Part shown: positions 21,301-33,881 of the stretch, one piece after another
How positions within the stretch are numbered: position 1 is the stretch's first letter
Layout of the letters: the number at the start of each line of letters is the position of its first letter
DNA from: Candidatus Adlerbacteria bacterium
Lineage (GTDB): Bacteria > Patescibacteriota > Minisyncoccia > Phycocordibacterales > SBAW01
Reading direction: 5' to 3'
Length of the DNA: 64,000 nt
NCBI GenBank assembly: GCA_963796795.1
Contig: CAWCNA010000013.1
Coordinates: 11,571 to 75,570, forward strand
Position numbers and translations under genes: made by a program
Notes under the pieces: model-generated
Seen by the model: the letters and a program-made list of their open reading frames with translations, nothing else
Database searches by the model: none
What the model was told of the DNA's origin: nothing

Positions 21301-24300
21301 GTTGAAGACAGAGAATTGTGAGGTAGAAGCGTTGGTGAATTGCAACTGACCCGTTGCGAATGTCCCTCCGATTGAAAGGTTGCCTGGGATTGAAAGGTTG
21401 CCTGTATTACTAATGTTGAAGACTGACGTGTAAGCCTGCGTACCAGGAGCACTGCGCTTGAGCGAGAACGCATCACTCTGTCCACCAAGCTGGAAGTCCC
21501 ATGCTGGGTAGGAGTTGTTGATGAGTGAGCCAGTACCGGTGTCGTTTGAGGCAATGTTTAAGTCACCTGTGTTGGACGGTATATAGAAGGAGTATGGAAT
21601 GGCAGCATTACCGTTTGCACCAGAGAGGTTCGCTAAGGTGAGGAGTGATGAATTACCAGAGGCATAGTTCCCTTCTACATCAAGTTTAGCCTTCGGTGCA
21701 GTAGTAGATGCAATACCAAGGCCAAGAGAACCACTGGTATTAAGGAAGATGTTGTTACTCCCCCAGTTGTTGGTGTTGAGTGCGGTGTTTAAGCTCACCG
21801 GTACCGTACAGGTGCCACTCTGGCCTGCCGTACATGCACCACCTGTGGACTTTACATACAAGAGGTCGAAGTCGCCTGCGTTGATTGGTGCACCCGAGAC
21901 TGCAGAGTTTGTTTCAGCGAAGCCAAGGTCTCCCGCAATGACCTTGTTGGCGTAGATTGCTGAAAGGCGCTCTGTTGGAGTACCGAGTGTAAAGAGGTTG
22001 TCTCCTGCTGGGATGAGGTTACCTGAGAGTGTTCCTCCTGCAAGGAGTGTTCCGTTTGCACTTGATGATGCGATTGCAGAGAGTGCTGAGGCGAGTTGTG
22101 TGTTTGTGATGTAGGTGGAGAGGGTTGAGGTGGAGACGAAGCCAGCAAGTGATGGAAGGTCAGAAAAGCTTTGCGTATGCAGAGAGGTCAGGTGCAGTAA
22201 AAGGTGTTGATGTCGGGATTGCTGCAAGTGCCGCAGTCAGTTGTGCGGTGAAGTTTGCTGTAAGGGATGCTGTCGCAGAAGCAAGCGCAGTATTTAATGT
22301 ACTTGTTGAGACGAACGAAGAAAGATCAGGGAATGTAACCGGAGTAGTAGTTGCCATAGTTGGCCATGCATTTCGGCAATCACCGTTCAAGCACAGTGTG
22401 CTTGTAGTTGTGGTCCCTGCAGTGAGCAGATCAGTAACAGTTGACGTTGCGTTGATTTGATCAATATTGGTGTTGCTGATGGTTGTCGTTCCAGTTAGAA
22501 AGACATTTTGTGCAGAGATGTTCCCTCCCACATTAAGATTGCCATCTTCATCGATGCTCAAGATCTGCCTGCCGAGCTGGTTTTCAAAGTTGAGTGCATT
22601 CGGCAACCCCGGATTTTCTGTAATTCTGAAGTTGTTGGCGAAGACCGCGTCACCGAAGAATTGGTCTGTGGCAGAACTTACTCCCCCATTGCCCGAGTTG
22701 AGAAGCATCGAAGTGGTGGTGAGGGCGATGCCGACTTTGTAGGACTGTACGGTAGTAGTGAGGCCAGTTGTGCCGAAGTAGTACGTACTTCCCCTGTGAG
22801 ACCAGACAATCCAGTCACAATACCGTTTGATGCAACGGTCACTGTGTTGTTGGTGGTCGTCGTGGCATTCGTTGCCATGCCGAGGATGTTGGGGGAAGTG
22901 ACGAGTGGTAACGTGCCGACGACGGCGGTGGCCGCGAAGGGCGCATTAGTAACGTTCTGATACGCCACCGCGAAGTGAGTGGAGTCGAAGGCGGCGACGG
23001 AGGTGTAGAGGGAGCCAACGCCGTTGAGGATGACAGGCGTACTTGCGGTAATAGTAGTGCCGGAGACCGAAGAGACAACGGCGCCGATAAAATTACTGCT
23101 GCTGATATTTTTATACGCCACCGCGAAGTGAGTGGAGTCGAGGGCGGCGACGGAGACGTTGCTGGTGCCGATAGAGTTAAGGGCAGTGGGTGTTCCAGCA
23201 GTGATGGTAGTACCGGAGACGGTGCTGACGACGGCGGCGTCGCCACCATTGGTACCATCTCCATACGCAACGACGAAGTGAGTGGAGTCGAGTTTGGCGG
23301 CGGAGTCGTAGTTGGAGAGGACAGCATTGAGGACGATGGGGGTGCCGACAGTGATGGTGGTGCCGGAGACGGAGGAGGCAACGGCGTTGGCAAAAGTTGT
23401 AGAAGAATTCCGATACCCCACCACGAAGTGCGTGGAGTCGAGGGCGGCGACGGATTCGTAGTCGGAAGGGACAGCATTGAGGGCGATGGGGGTGCCGGCA
23501 GTGATGGTGGTGCCAGAGACGGAGGAGGCAACGGCGTTGGCAAAAGTTGTAACAGAATTTTGATATGCCACCACGAAGTGCGTGGAGTCGAGGGCGGCGG
23601 CAGAGATCGGGTAACCAGCGGAGTAGGTGGCGTTTACGGTAACGGCCGAGCCGGGGGTAATGGTGGTGCCTCCCGAAACGGTGCTGACAACTGCGGAGAC
23701 GTAGTAAGGCGTGGCTTCAATATACGCCACCACAAAGTGGGTAGAGTCGAGCGCGGCGACGGATACCTCGTTAAGAGCGTTGGAGGTGATAAGAACAGGA
23801 GTGCCGGGAGTAATTGTGCTACCAGATACGGAGGAAACGACCGAGTAGACGTAGCCGGTACTGCCATCATTATACGCCGTTACGAAATGTGTGGAGTCTA
23901 GGGCAGCGGCGGAGATGTTTGTGGAGTTGGTAGAATTGAGAGCAACAGGAGTTCCCGCGCTAGGAATAGTGCCAGTTGTATTAACAACTTTCGTTGCCTT
24001 CCCATTGATGTAAGAAACAATATCACCAACATTAATCTGTGCACTCCCTGAATCAACAACATAGTCAGCAGTCAAATTCTTGAGCTTTGCAGTGAGTGCA
24101 CCAGTAGCATCAACTTTGAGAACGTTTGCACCTGTTGATGAAGCAAGGTCGAAGATATCAGTTGAGCCAGGTGTTCCCTGTATAGAGAGAGTTGCAAGTG
24201 GTGAAGTCGTACCGATGCCAAAGAATCCAGCAGCGCTGAGTGTAAGAGTGGATGTACCAACTGCAGTGTTCGTACCAGAGAAGTATGTGAGTTGGCCAGT

Positions 24301-27300
24301 TGTGCCTTGCGGAGTAGTGAGGCAGGTGCCGTTGTACTGGAAGCAACCACCAGTAATGGAGATACCGCTTGCAAACGTACTCGTTGAAAGATTCGTGACA
24401 ATGAGATTTGAGAGGGTTGAGGTGCCTGCACTAAGCGTACCTGCACCAACAATGTTGCCTGCCGCGTCGATGGTGGTGGTTGCAGTTGCACCGAAGTAGG
24501 CTTTCTGGAAGATGGAGAGCTGTGAGGTAGAAGCGTTGGTGAATTGCAACTGACCCGTTGCGAATGTCCCTCCGATTGAAAGGTTGCCTGGGATTGAAAG
24601 GTTGCCTGTATTACTAATGTTGAAGACTGACGCATAGCTCTGCGTACCAGGAGCACTGCGCTTGAGTGAGAACGCATCACTCTGCCCACCAAGCTGGAAG
24701 TCCCATGCAGAGTAGGAGTTGTTGATGAGTGAACCAGTACCTGTGTCGTTTGAGGCAATGTTTAAGTCGCCTGTGTTGGACGGTATATAGAAGGAGTATG
24801 GAATGGCGGCATTGCCGTTTGCACCAGAGAGGTTAGCTAAGGTGAGGAGTGATGAATTACCAGACGCATAGTTCCCTTCTACATCAAGCTTTGCCTTAGG
24901 TGCAGTTGTTGATGCAATACCAAGGCCAAGTGAACCTGATGTATTGAGGTAGATGTTGTTACTTCCCCAGTTGTTGGAGTTGAGGGCGGTGTTGAGGTTG
25001 ATTGGAACAGTGTGAGTAGTACCGCCAGTTGAGGTGACATACAAAGAGACAACATCACCGGGTACAAGTGGTGCACCCGATACTGCAGAGTTTGTTTCAG
25101 TAAAGGTGAGGTCGCCTGCATTAACATTTTTTGCAAATACATCAGTGAAGCGGTTTGTTGCAGTACCAAGCGTAAAGAGATTGTCGCCTGCTGGCACTAG
25201 GCTACCGTCCAGAGTGCCGCCTGCAAGAAGTGTTCCATTTGCACTTGATGATGCAATTGCAGAGAGTGCTGATGCAAGCTGAGTGCCCGTGATGTAGGTG
25301 GAGAGGGTTGAACTTGAAACAAACTGGGTGAAGTCAGGGAGAGAAGCGAAGAATGAGGAGGTTGCGAGGGCGAGTGCGTTGTTAAATGTGCTTGTGGAAA
25401 CAAAACCCGAAAGATCGATGGGTTGGCTCGATGATGCTGTGGTGGTACCGAGCTGATCAAAACTATTAATGCAGGTGCCGCCAAGGCACAGTGCAGTAGT
25501 GGTTGTGGTCGCTGCGGTGAGAGTGCCGGTTGTTGTTGTTGAAGCAGTGAGTGTATCTGCCACTACCCCATTAAAGAGCCCTGTCGTTGCGTATAGTGCA
25601 TGGTCGAATACGTGGACTATTGGGTCGGTCAGTGATGCGAGCGCACCTCGGACAAGGCCACTCGATGCTGCAAATGCGCCCGACCATGGTGTTGCAGGCG
25701 TCGATGTTGCCGAGGTGGAAGTGGTAAGGTCATTTACACTCGTTGTTGCGAGTAACGAATCAATGTGTGTCGAGAGCACATTAACTTGTGCAATAAAACT
25801 GGTGAACAAATTCGAAATTGTATCACTCACTGAAGGCGTCGAGCTTGCATCACTTTGTGTGCTGCTTGCCGATGAGCCGTTTAAGAAACGATTTGTTATT
25901 GCTTGAATAAGGCCGCCAACAAAATCGAACGCATCTGTCGTTGTTGCAGTCGGCTGCGCGAGCAATTGCTGTCCCACCGCCGAGGCATTCGTCCCTTTTT
26001 GAAGATTCAAAAATACTTCTATCGTTGTGCCGGTTGAACTTGCCGTAAATGCCTCAAGCGCATTTCCAATTGACGGGTCGAGCGGGCCCGCTTTCATACC
26101 AACACCCGGCACTGACGAAATAGTTATTGGGTCGCCAATTGCGATGGGGCCGTTTTCAAGCGAGACCTTTGTTGGCACACGGCCCGACAGCGCCACTTCC
26201 CGCTGCCCGCTTGTGTCGGTAGGTTGTGCAAGCACAAGCCCTGGGTCTGTTGAGATAACACCTGCGAGGATATTTGCCTCTCCTTCCGTAGCGCGCGTTA
26301 CATTCACCGGAGTTGATGTATCAAACGCGACGATATCGCCGGCCGCTATAGAAGAGTCGAGTACTGGGTAGTATTCGGCGAGGTCGGCACCGCCGTTTGT
26401 GAGATAGCGCACAATAACAATACCCGAACCGCCCGTACCCGAGCCGGTATTCCATCCGCCATTTGGAGCCCAGTACGAACATCCGCCGCCGCCGCCGCCG
26501 GTGTTTGCTATCGCATTCGGAACTGCACTTCCTTGCGTGGTTCCGTTAACCCCAGCGGAGTATGAAGAATAGCTGTAATAGGATGTTGTGCCGCAGCCAC
26601 GGCCGCCGCCGGCAAATCCATCGCCTGCGCGCTCGCTCGAGTTACCGCTACCGCCGCCGCCGCCTGCGTATGCAACCGACGAACCGGTGATGGAACTCAC
26701 GTATCCCGCACCGCCGTTGCCACCTGTCGCACCACTACTGCCGCTAATACCCTGGCCGCCTGCACCTCCGCCGCCTGCACCAGTCCAACTTACGGTGCTA
26801 GCGCCGCCGGCATTTCCATACCCATTTGTTTGCGTAGATGCACCTGCAGCACCGCCGCCTTGTGCCGCGCCGCCGCCCGAACCGCCGCTACCTGCGGCGG
26901 TTGCACTCCCAGTCGAGGCGCCGCCGCCGCCGCCAAGTGCTGTGTAGGTACCGAAGACGGAACTTTGGCCATTATTACCAACGCCAATGGTGACACTTGG
27001 AACGGCAGCACCGCCGTTACCAACAGTAACCGTATAGGCGCCGGGAGTTACGGGAACAATGGTGTCAATAACGCCGCCGCCGCCGCCGCCGCCGTTTGCG
27101 TTTGTCGTATTGTTATTGCCGCCCGAGCCACCGCCGCCGACAACGAGCACTTCCACGTTTGCACCCGTTGCGGCAGAAGAAACGGTAAATGTGCCACTTG
27201 TTGTGAAAGTCTGGATAGTATAGAGACCGCTCGTTGTCACCGTGCCACCGGATGCACTCACCTGGCCGGTTGGAGTTGGAGTTATATCTGCGACACTTGT

Positions 27301-30300
27301 CGAAGGATACGAGCGACCCGGACCCCACATTATGCGCACCGCGCCCGAGCCACCATTGCCACCGCCAAACGATGTGCCGCCACCGCCACCGCCACCGCCG
27401 TATGCACCACCATATATAGTACCGTTTGCACTTTGGCTACTACTTGGCTCGCCGAAGGCACCGTTCTGGCCGCCCGAACCACCACCACCGCCACCACCGG
27501 TCCCTAATGTACAGCCACTCACACCGTCAGAGCCTTGCCCCAAAATGCCAACGCCGCCGCCGCCGCCCGAACCGTACGTAGAAGAATATGAGCACGGGCC
27601 GCCGCCGCCGCCCGACCCAGTTTGTGCTGCAACACTGTTACCATCTGCACCGTGGCCTGCATATCCGCCTGCGCCACCCGCATCATAGGTGGTGCTTGTA
27701 TTACCACCGCGGCCGCCGCCGTCGCCGGTAAAACCGCCACCCGAATTTACAGTTGATGCCGTTGACCCCGAACCTCCTTGCCCCGCACCATAGCCAGCAA
27801 CAGTAGCCGTGCTTACGAAATAAGAATTGTTACCGTTCGTGGGCGAAGTACTGTACGTGCCGCCCGCACCGACCACCACGGTATAGGTCTGGCCCGGTAC
27901 CACGGTAATATTATTTTTATATCCGAGGCCGCCGCCCGCACCGCCATGGTTCGACCAGGACGACGAACCGCCGCCGCCGCCGCCGACTGCAACCACGCTG
28001 ATGCTTGTGACGCCCGCTGGTGCCGTCCACGAATAGGTGCCGGGGGCAGTGTAGGCTTGCTGGCCTGGTGCGGGAATAGTTGTAAGGCTAAATGTTGCGA
28101 TGGTCGGGCCTACTGTTAGTGTTGAAGTTAAGGTAACGGAATAAATACTCGAGGACGTCATACTCACTCGCACATATTGATTATTGAGTACAGTACCCGG
28201 CGAACTGGTCCAATTTTGGACGACAGACGCACACGCGCTGTCACTGCACACTTGGTATTGGGGCGATCCAGAGCCACTCACCGAAATTGCTACAGGAATG
28301 TTTATGCCCGTAATCTGCTGAGTCGTCGACGTTGCAACGCTAGACAATTGAACAAGGCTGCCTGCGGTTTGATCGGTTGTGAGTGTAGAAGGAAATGAGC
28401 GCCCACTGCCCCATATAATGCGCACGGCACCCGAGCCGCCTGCGCCGCCGCCAACAGTTGTACCAGGGCCACCGCCACCGCCACCGTATGCGCCGCCTGT
28501 GATTGTTCCGTTCGTACTTTGGTTACTATTTGGCTCTCCATCAGCTCCATTTGCACCACCCGAACCTCCGCGGCCGCCTTCCAAACCGGCACCTGAGGTA
28601 CCTGCCACCCCACTTGTACCTTGGCCCAAAATACCAACACCGCCGCCGGCAGAAGTGCCGTAAGTGCTCGAATAGTAATACCCGCCGCCGCCACCACCAC
28701 CTGAGCCGTTGAATCCGCTGCCTACACCGGCTCCGTTGCCACCATTTCCGGCGTAGCCGCCTGCGCCGCCGCCGCTTTGGTAGTTGGGAGCATTACCTCC
28801 TGCGCCGCCGCCGTCGCCGACATAGCCGCCGCCGGATGAGTTGTTATTCGCACAACCAGTTGTGCCTGTCCCAGCGTTACCTCCGCCGCATCCTTCAACT
28901 GTTGCTGTCGAATTAAAATATGAACTGCCTCCAATACCCCCCACAGATGCTGTGGTACCTCCTGCACCAACCACAACGGTATACGTCTGGCCCGGTACCA
29001 CAGTAATATTATTTTTATATCCGAGGCCGCCGCCTGAACCTGCTGGATTCGCCCATGTTTGCGAACCGCCGCCACCGCCGCCGACTGCAACCACACTCAC
29101 GCTTGTCACGCCGGCTGGTGCTGTCCAGCTATAGGTGCCGGGGGCAGTGTAGGCTTGCTGGCCTGTAACAGCTGAATTACTAAATGAGAGAGGGTTAGGC
29201 GTTCCAAGGCCTGTGCCAACTTGCCATGTTGCACTGCCATCGCCTGCCCACACCGTCACGGTGCTTGTTGCAAGGTTGGTTGCAAACGTTGTAGTGCGTA
29301 ACTGCAATGTCTGGCCGCTTGAGATATATCCTGCCGTCTCCCATGCGCTACCATTAATGCTGAACTGCGGATCGCCGTCGCCAATAATACGAACAGGAAC
29401 GGCGCCATCAAAGTTGGTGAGCGTATCGATAGCCGACGATGTTGCGGCACTCAACTGCGCTTGTGTCGTAGACGCAAAGGTAAACGTAGCAGGAATAATT
29501 GTCGGATTATTTATCGGCGCCCATGTCGTGGTGCCGCCCGTATTTGTGCATCCTTCAAAATTAGATGTTGCTTGATTGAATCTAAAAATACCGAGTTGCG
29601 CCGTAGTGCACGTTGCGGAAGAATTTCCTACTCGTATATTTCCGGCAACATCGAGCGTTGTCACTGCTGTTGTTGTTCCAACACCAACATTTCCGTTTGG
29701 CGATATAAACAATGTTGAAGTGCCTAACGCTTTGTTAGTTCCTGAAAGATATGCGACTTGGCCTTGAGTACCCGAAAGGCTTCCTAAACACTGGCCCTGA
29801 ACGGAGACACAGCCAGTTGTTACATTAATCGCACTGGCTTGTATGCCCGCAGAAAAGGTTGAGGTCGCGTTGTCTATCAAGTAGATGGAATTTGTTCCAA
29901 CATGGAGTTGGCCTTTTATATCGACGTTGCCAGTGAAGGTCGATGAGGCAGCACCACTGTTTGCTACGTAGAGCGGTCCATTAACAGCGAGGGTCGCTGA
30001 TGGAGTGGATGTGCCGATGCCGACCGAACCCGTACTCGTTACAACAAATGAAGGATAGGTAAGCGGCCCTGTCGAGGTTGCGATAAAGAAATTATTGCCG
30101 CCGTTTTGCAACACATCCGTTCCCGCAAACCAATTGCCGAGGGCGGCTGCAGTATTTCCTCCCCCCGCAAATGCAATGGCAGTCGCAAATGAATTAAGGT
30201 CGGTATTATCGATTTGCAAACCATAGCGCAAGTCCCCAGTAGCGCGCCCGTTGCCAAGTACCACAAGCGGGCCGCCAGGGGTCGACGTTCCGATACCTAT

Positions 30301-33300
30301 GCGGCCGCTCAACAGGAACGAATTGCCGAGGTTCGTATTAAGCGTGGTGTACCCGAGCCCCACAGGGCCCGACGCGGACACGTACAACCCAGATGAGTTG
30401 CCCGGCGCTATCTGGATGTCATGGAAGTTTCCACCCAGAGGCGCTGTCGTGGTGAGTTTTAATATATTTGATATGAACGAGAGATTTCCATCTTCATACG
30501 TAGACGGGCTTCCAACATTCCAAATATTTATACCTGCGGGGCCAAAGTTGCCTGAAAGGAAGCGCGACGTAGAAGAGCCAAGGAGCGAGGTGTTGTCGGA
30601 CGCCGGCGTAATACTTCCGCCTACGTTAATACTGCCGTTTGTATTTATAAAAAGCGACGACGTGCCCATTGCCGTGTTCGTGCCAGAGAAATATGCAACT
30701 TGTCCCGGCGTGCCAATAAGTGCCGGACTCGACGTTGCAATAAGTTTTCCGCTTGCATCAACTGCAATAAACGAGCCTGCGGGAAGCCCGAGCGATGAAA
30801 GTGTCAGTGTGCTCGTTGCTGTGATGGCTCCGCCGAAGAATGCAGAACCACTCGTGTATTGATTGCCTTCCACTGCAAGCGTTGTTGATGGCGATGTCGT
30901 ACCAATCCCAACATTGCCATTGTCTGCAATGGTCATGCGCTGGAGGCTATTTGTAAAAAAATTGAGGAAGTTACCGTCAGTTGCCGTAATGTACGTTGTC
31001 TGTGCAGCGTTGATAACACCCCCCAGGCCTTGCCATACGCTATTGTCACCAAAACCTTCAAACTGATGCGTGGTTGTGTTGTAGCGAATTTGTCCCGTTA
31101 AATCTTCTGCGGGGCGCTGTGCTGATGTACCAACCGGCAAGTGCAGCGCGTCAGTTGCAAAAATATCAAGAGAAGATGCTGGGGTTGAAGTGCCTATACC
31201 AATCCTTCCACCCGACCCAACTTCCAAATAACTCGCCCCTGTTGACGACGCAATGCGGAGAAGATCTGCAGTTTGTCCTGCCAAACCTTTCAAATCGAGT
31301 GTCACAACATTGCCGGTATTGTTCGACGCATTTTGTATAAATACAGGTTGGTTGAATGAGAAGTTCTTTGTGGAAGAATTCCATCCGAGTACGGCATTCG
31401 GTACTACGTTGCCGCGGAAGAAGATGAGGTTGGCGTCTTCTGCATCTGCACTTACGTTGTCAGAGTTGATTGTGAAGTCGGAGCTTTGTGTGCCTCCAAT
31501 CTGGGTGTTGCTTGCAACGATGTTGTTGGCGTTAATGGTGCCGACGTAGACATTTCGCCAGAAGAACGAGGGCGAACCGAGATCATATTGGATATTTTGA
31601 TCAGGCACGATGCTCGAATTTATTGATGAGTTGATAGTGAGAGTGTTTGAAGATGAGTTGCCAAGCGTTGTTGAGTTTCCGGCTACGAATAAGTTTCCAC
31701 CGATGTAGGCATTGCTTGATGTTTGGAGCACGCCCGGTGCTGATGTTGCGATGCCAACGCCAAGGCCGCCAGCAAAATATGCATTACCGGTGGTTGTTGA
31801 ATTACCTGAAATGTTTAATGAAAGAAGTGTCGTTGAGGCGGCAGTGAATGAACCGAAGCTGGCCGTTTGAGCAAAGAGGTTGGTAGAAGATGCGGTGGTT
31901 GCAAAAAATGCACTTGAAGTTGCGTTAGCGAGTGTAGTACCTGCCTGCGCAGTCAGGTTGCCAGTAACCACCAATGCTCCCAGCGTCGAAGAGGTTGCAG
32001 TGAATGTTCCCACAGATGCAGTCTGTGCGAAAAGATTTGTTGTAGAGGCAAGAGTTGAAAAGAAATTGGTAGATGTTGCGTTTGCCAGCGTCGTATCCCC
32101 CAAGACAGTAAGTTTGTTAAGTGTAGTCGTGCCAAGTGATGTCAGATCCGCGCTGAAATAACCCGCACCTTGCGAAAAGATACTTGCTGCGGCAAGCGTT
32201 CCTGCAAATGTCGACGTGGATGTGTTTTGGACAATGAGGTTTGAAACGGTCGTTGTGCCCGCAAACGCCGTGCCTGGGGTTCCGTTGTTGTTCTCGACCG
32301 TGAGGTTGCCTGCAATGGTGGTATTTCCATCAACATTCACATCGCTGTTGAAGTACGCGATGCCTGTTGTCGTTGCATTGCCGTTTACGGTGAGGTTGGC
32401 GGTTGTTGTTGTTGCGGTGTTCAGTACGCCACTGATGTTGGTGTCGGAGAGGTTTGTGGTGCCGGTGACACCGAGCACGCTTGTTTGCAAATACTGTACT
32501 GCAATATTGTCCGCAACCGTATCACCATTGAGGCGTACGTTCGAAAGATTGTTGATGAGCTCCGGCAATGCAAAGTTCTCTAGTGGGCTTTCGCGGCCTG
32601 GGTTTTCAAGGTTAGAGATCTGAACTGCAAATTTGTTTTGTAGATCTGCGAGGCGCGTTGTGAGTTCGTCTTCGGTGACGCCGGAAACTACGTAGGCAAT
32701 TGGAGTCGAAGCAGCCGAAGCAGAATTGTTCTGCGAAGGCGTCGCAAGAGTCTGCGAAGAAACAGATGGGTATGTGGCCTGTGCAGAACTTACAGCACTG
32801 CTCGCTGATTCCGGGTACGCAGATTCCCTGCTAGGAATCTGCTCAGTCCGGGGGTCCACGGAGTGGACGACGCTCTGCGGAGCCCCTGCATCAGCAACAG
32901 TGCTTCCACTCTTTCCAAACAACGTTGCAAACATTCCAGACAAAAAGTTTGATGCACCTGCAAAGGCATTTCCTGTGTGGGGCAATACAACTGCCGGTGG
33001 CGTTGTGCCAAAGAATGGAGTTTCTGATTGTGATACTGCTGCTGTAAGTGCCTCGCCCGCGGCCGGGCTATGGCCGAGGGTTGATGCAAACACGAGCGAG
33101 CCTACCAAAAGTATTGCACCCGCAGCAAGACCTATAGGAGCACCGATAGTTGCCGTATGAAATGCAAGAACACTTTTCTGTACAAATGTGCCGTGTTGTT
33201 TTTGATACGCAAGCGTTTCATTGCGGCGTTGCTGCCCAAGAGATTCTGCACGCTCCTGCTTTGCAAACATTCGCGCTTGCTCAAATACAGCAATAGATGC

Positions 33301-33462
33301 CGGGTCGACGTACCACTGGCCTTCAAGCAATTGGCCAACAAGTTTACCTTCGCGGCACAGCTTCGAAACATAATCCTGTGCGCACTTCAAACGCGCCGCC
33401 GCTTTTCGAGCTGATAGCAGCGGTCGGCCGTCGTTTGAAAATATTTTTTTCTGAGGAGACAT
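15301..33462 (-). CDS. giant surface/fibre protein B (HTH-TM-VGIGT repeats-three Gly-rich domains-peptidase G2-like domain-three propeller modules-DUF5011-like Ig), ~6,050 aa, five frameshifts
   Basis: 3594-aa ORF 22678-33462 continues via frame changes at ~22792, ~22163, ~19877, ~19081 and ~16983; the reading is fixed by homology among the repeated modules and with protein A. Confidence 0.8.
18233..18727. repeat. ~495-bp near-identical direct repeat (copy at ~21454-21948; more diverged copy ~24655-25100)
   Basis: Sequences match almost base for base (…NNWGSNNIFLNTSGSLGLG…WDFQLGGQSDAFSLKRS). Confidence 0.9.
19690..20720. repeat. tandem ~140-bp blade repeats (AALDSTHFVVAY...NAVVATVSGTTITAGTP)
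   Basis: GGTGATGGTGGTGCCAGAGACGGTGGCGACGACGGC recurs several times; a similar array lies at ~22900-23950. Confidence 0.85.
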
Positions 33463-33881
33463 TAGTCCGATATAGCTTTTATTTATGCAGTGATTTCGGA
33501 GGGAGCACTACGTTTATTGTACGCGGTGTTGCGAATATTCTTCAGAGAATTTTCATAAAAAACTGTGGATAGAATATATAAAAAATTATATTAAAAACAA
33601 TTTCTAGAATGCCTTATAACAAGAGTTAGGTATTACTTTTGATATAAAAATCATTTTTTTATATTACGTTCGTATATCGAGAAAACTCTTATTGCATAAA
33701 AATAACTTTTATTTATAAATCTCGTGTAAACGTTTTACAAAGAAGAATAAAGATTTATCGTCTTGCCGTACCCATATCTCGGCTAGAAGAGTTCGTATAT
33801 AAAAAGAAAAATACTCCTAAAAATCTAATTTCTAGAAGTATTTTGTGCCGCCACTAGGGCGTTATCTAGCTCGCTGGTTTC

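Noticed and set aside
19077-22168. TGA reassigned to Gly (genetic code 25)
   Set aside because: Homology requires a frame change rather than readthrough, and TGA ends normal genes (ACP, MaoC, GTs).
19690-23950. CRISPR array or DGR template/variable repeats
   Set aside because: The repeats are in-frame protein repeats with no unique-spacer periodicity; no cas or reverse transcriptase gene and no adenine-specific mismatch pattern were seen.
32804-32895. tRNA gene
   Set aside because: Branched fold, but no T-loop GTTCRA, no D-loop consensus and no 7-bp acceptor stem; lies in frame within a CDS.
7587-33462. Prophage
   Set aside because: Tail-fibre-like motifs occur, but there is no capsid, terminase, portal or integrase, and the proteins are membrane-anchored.
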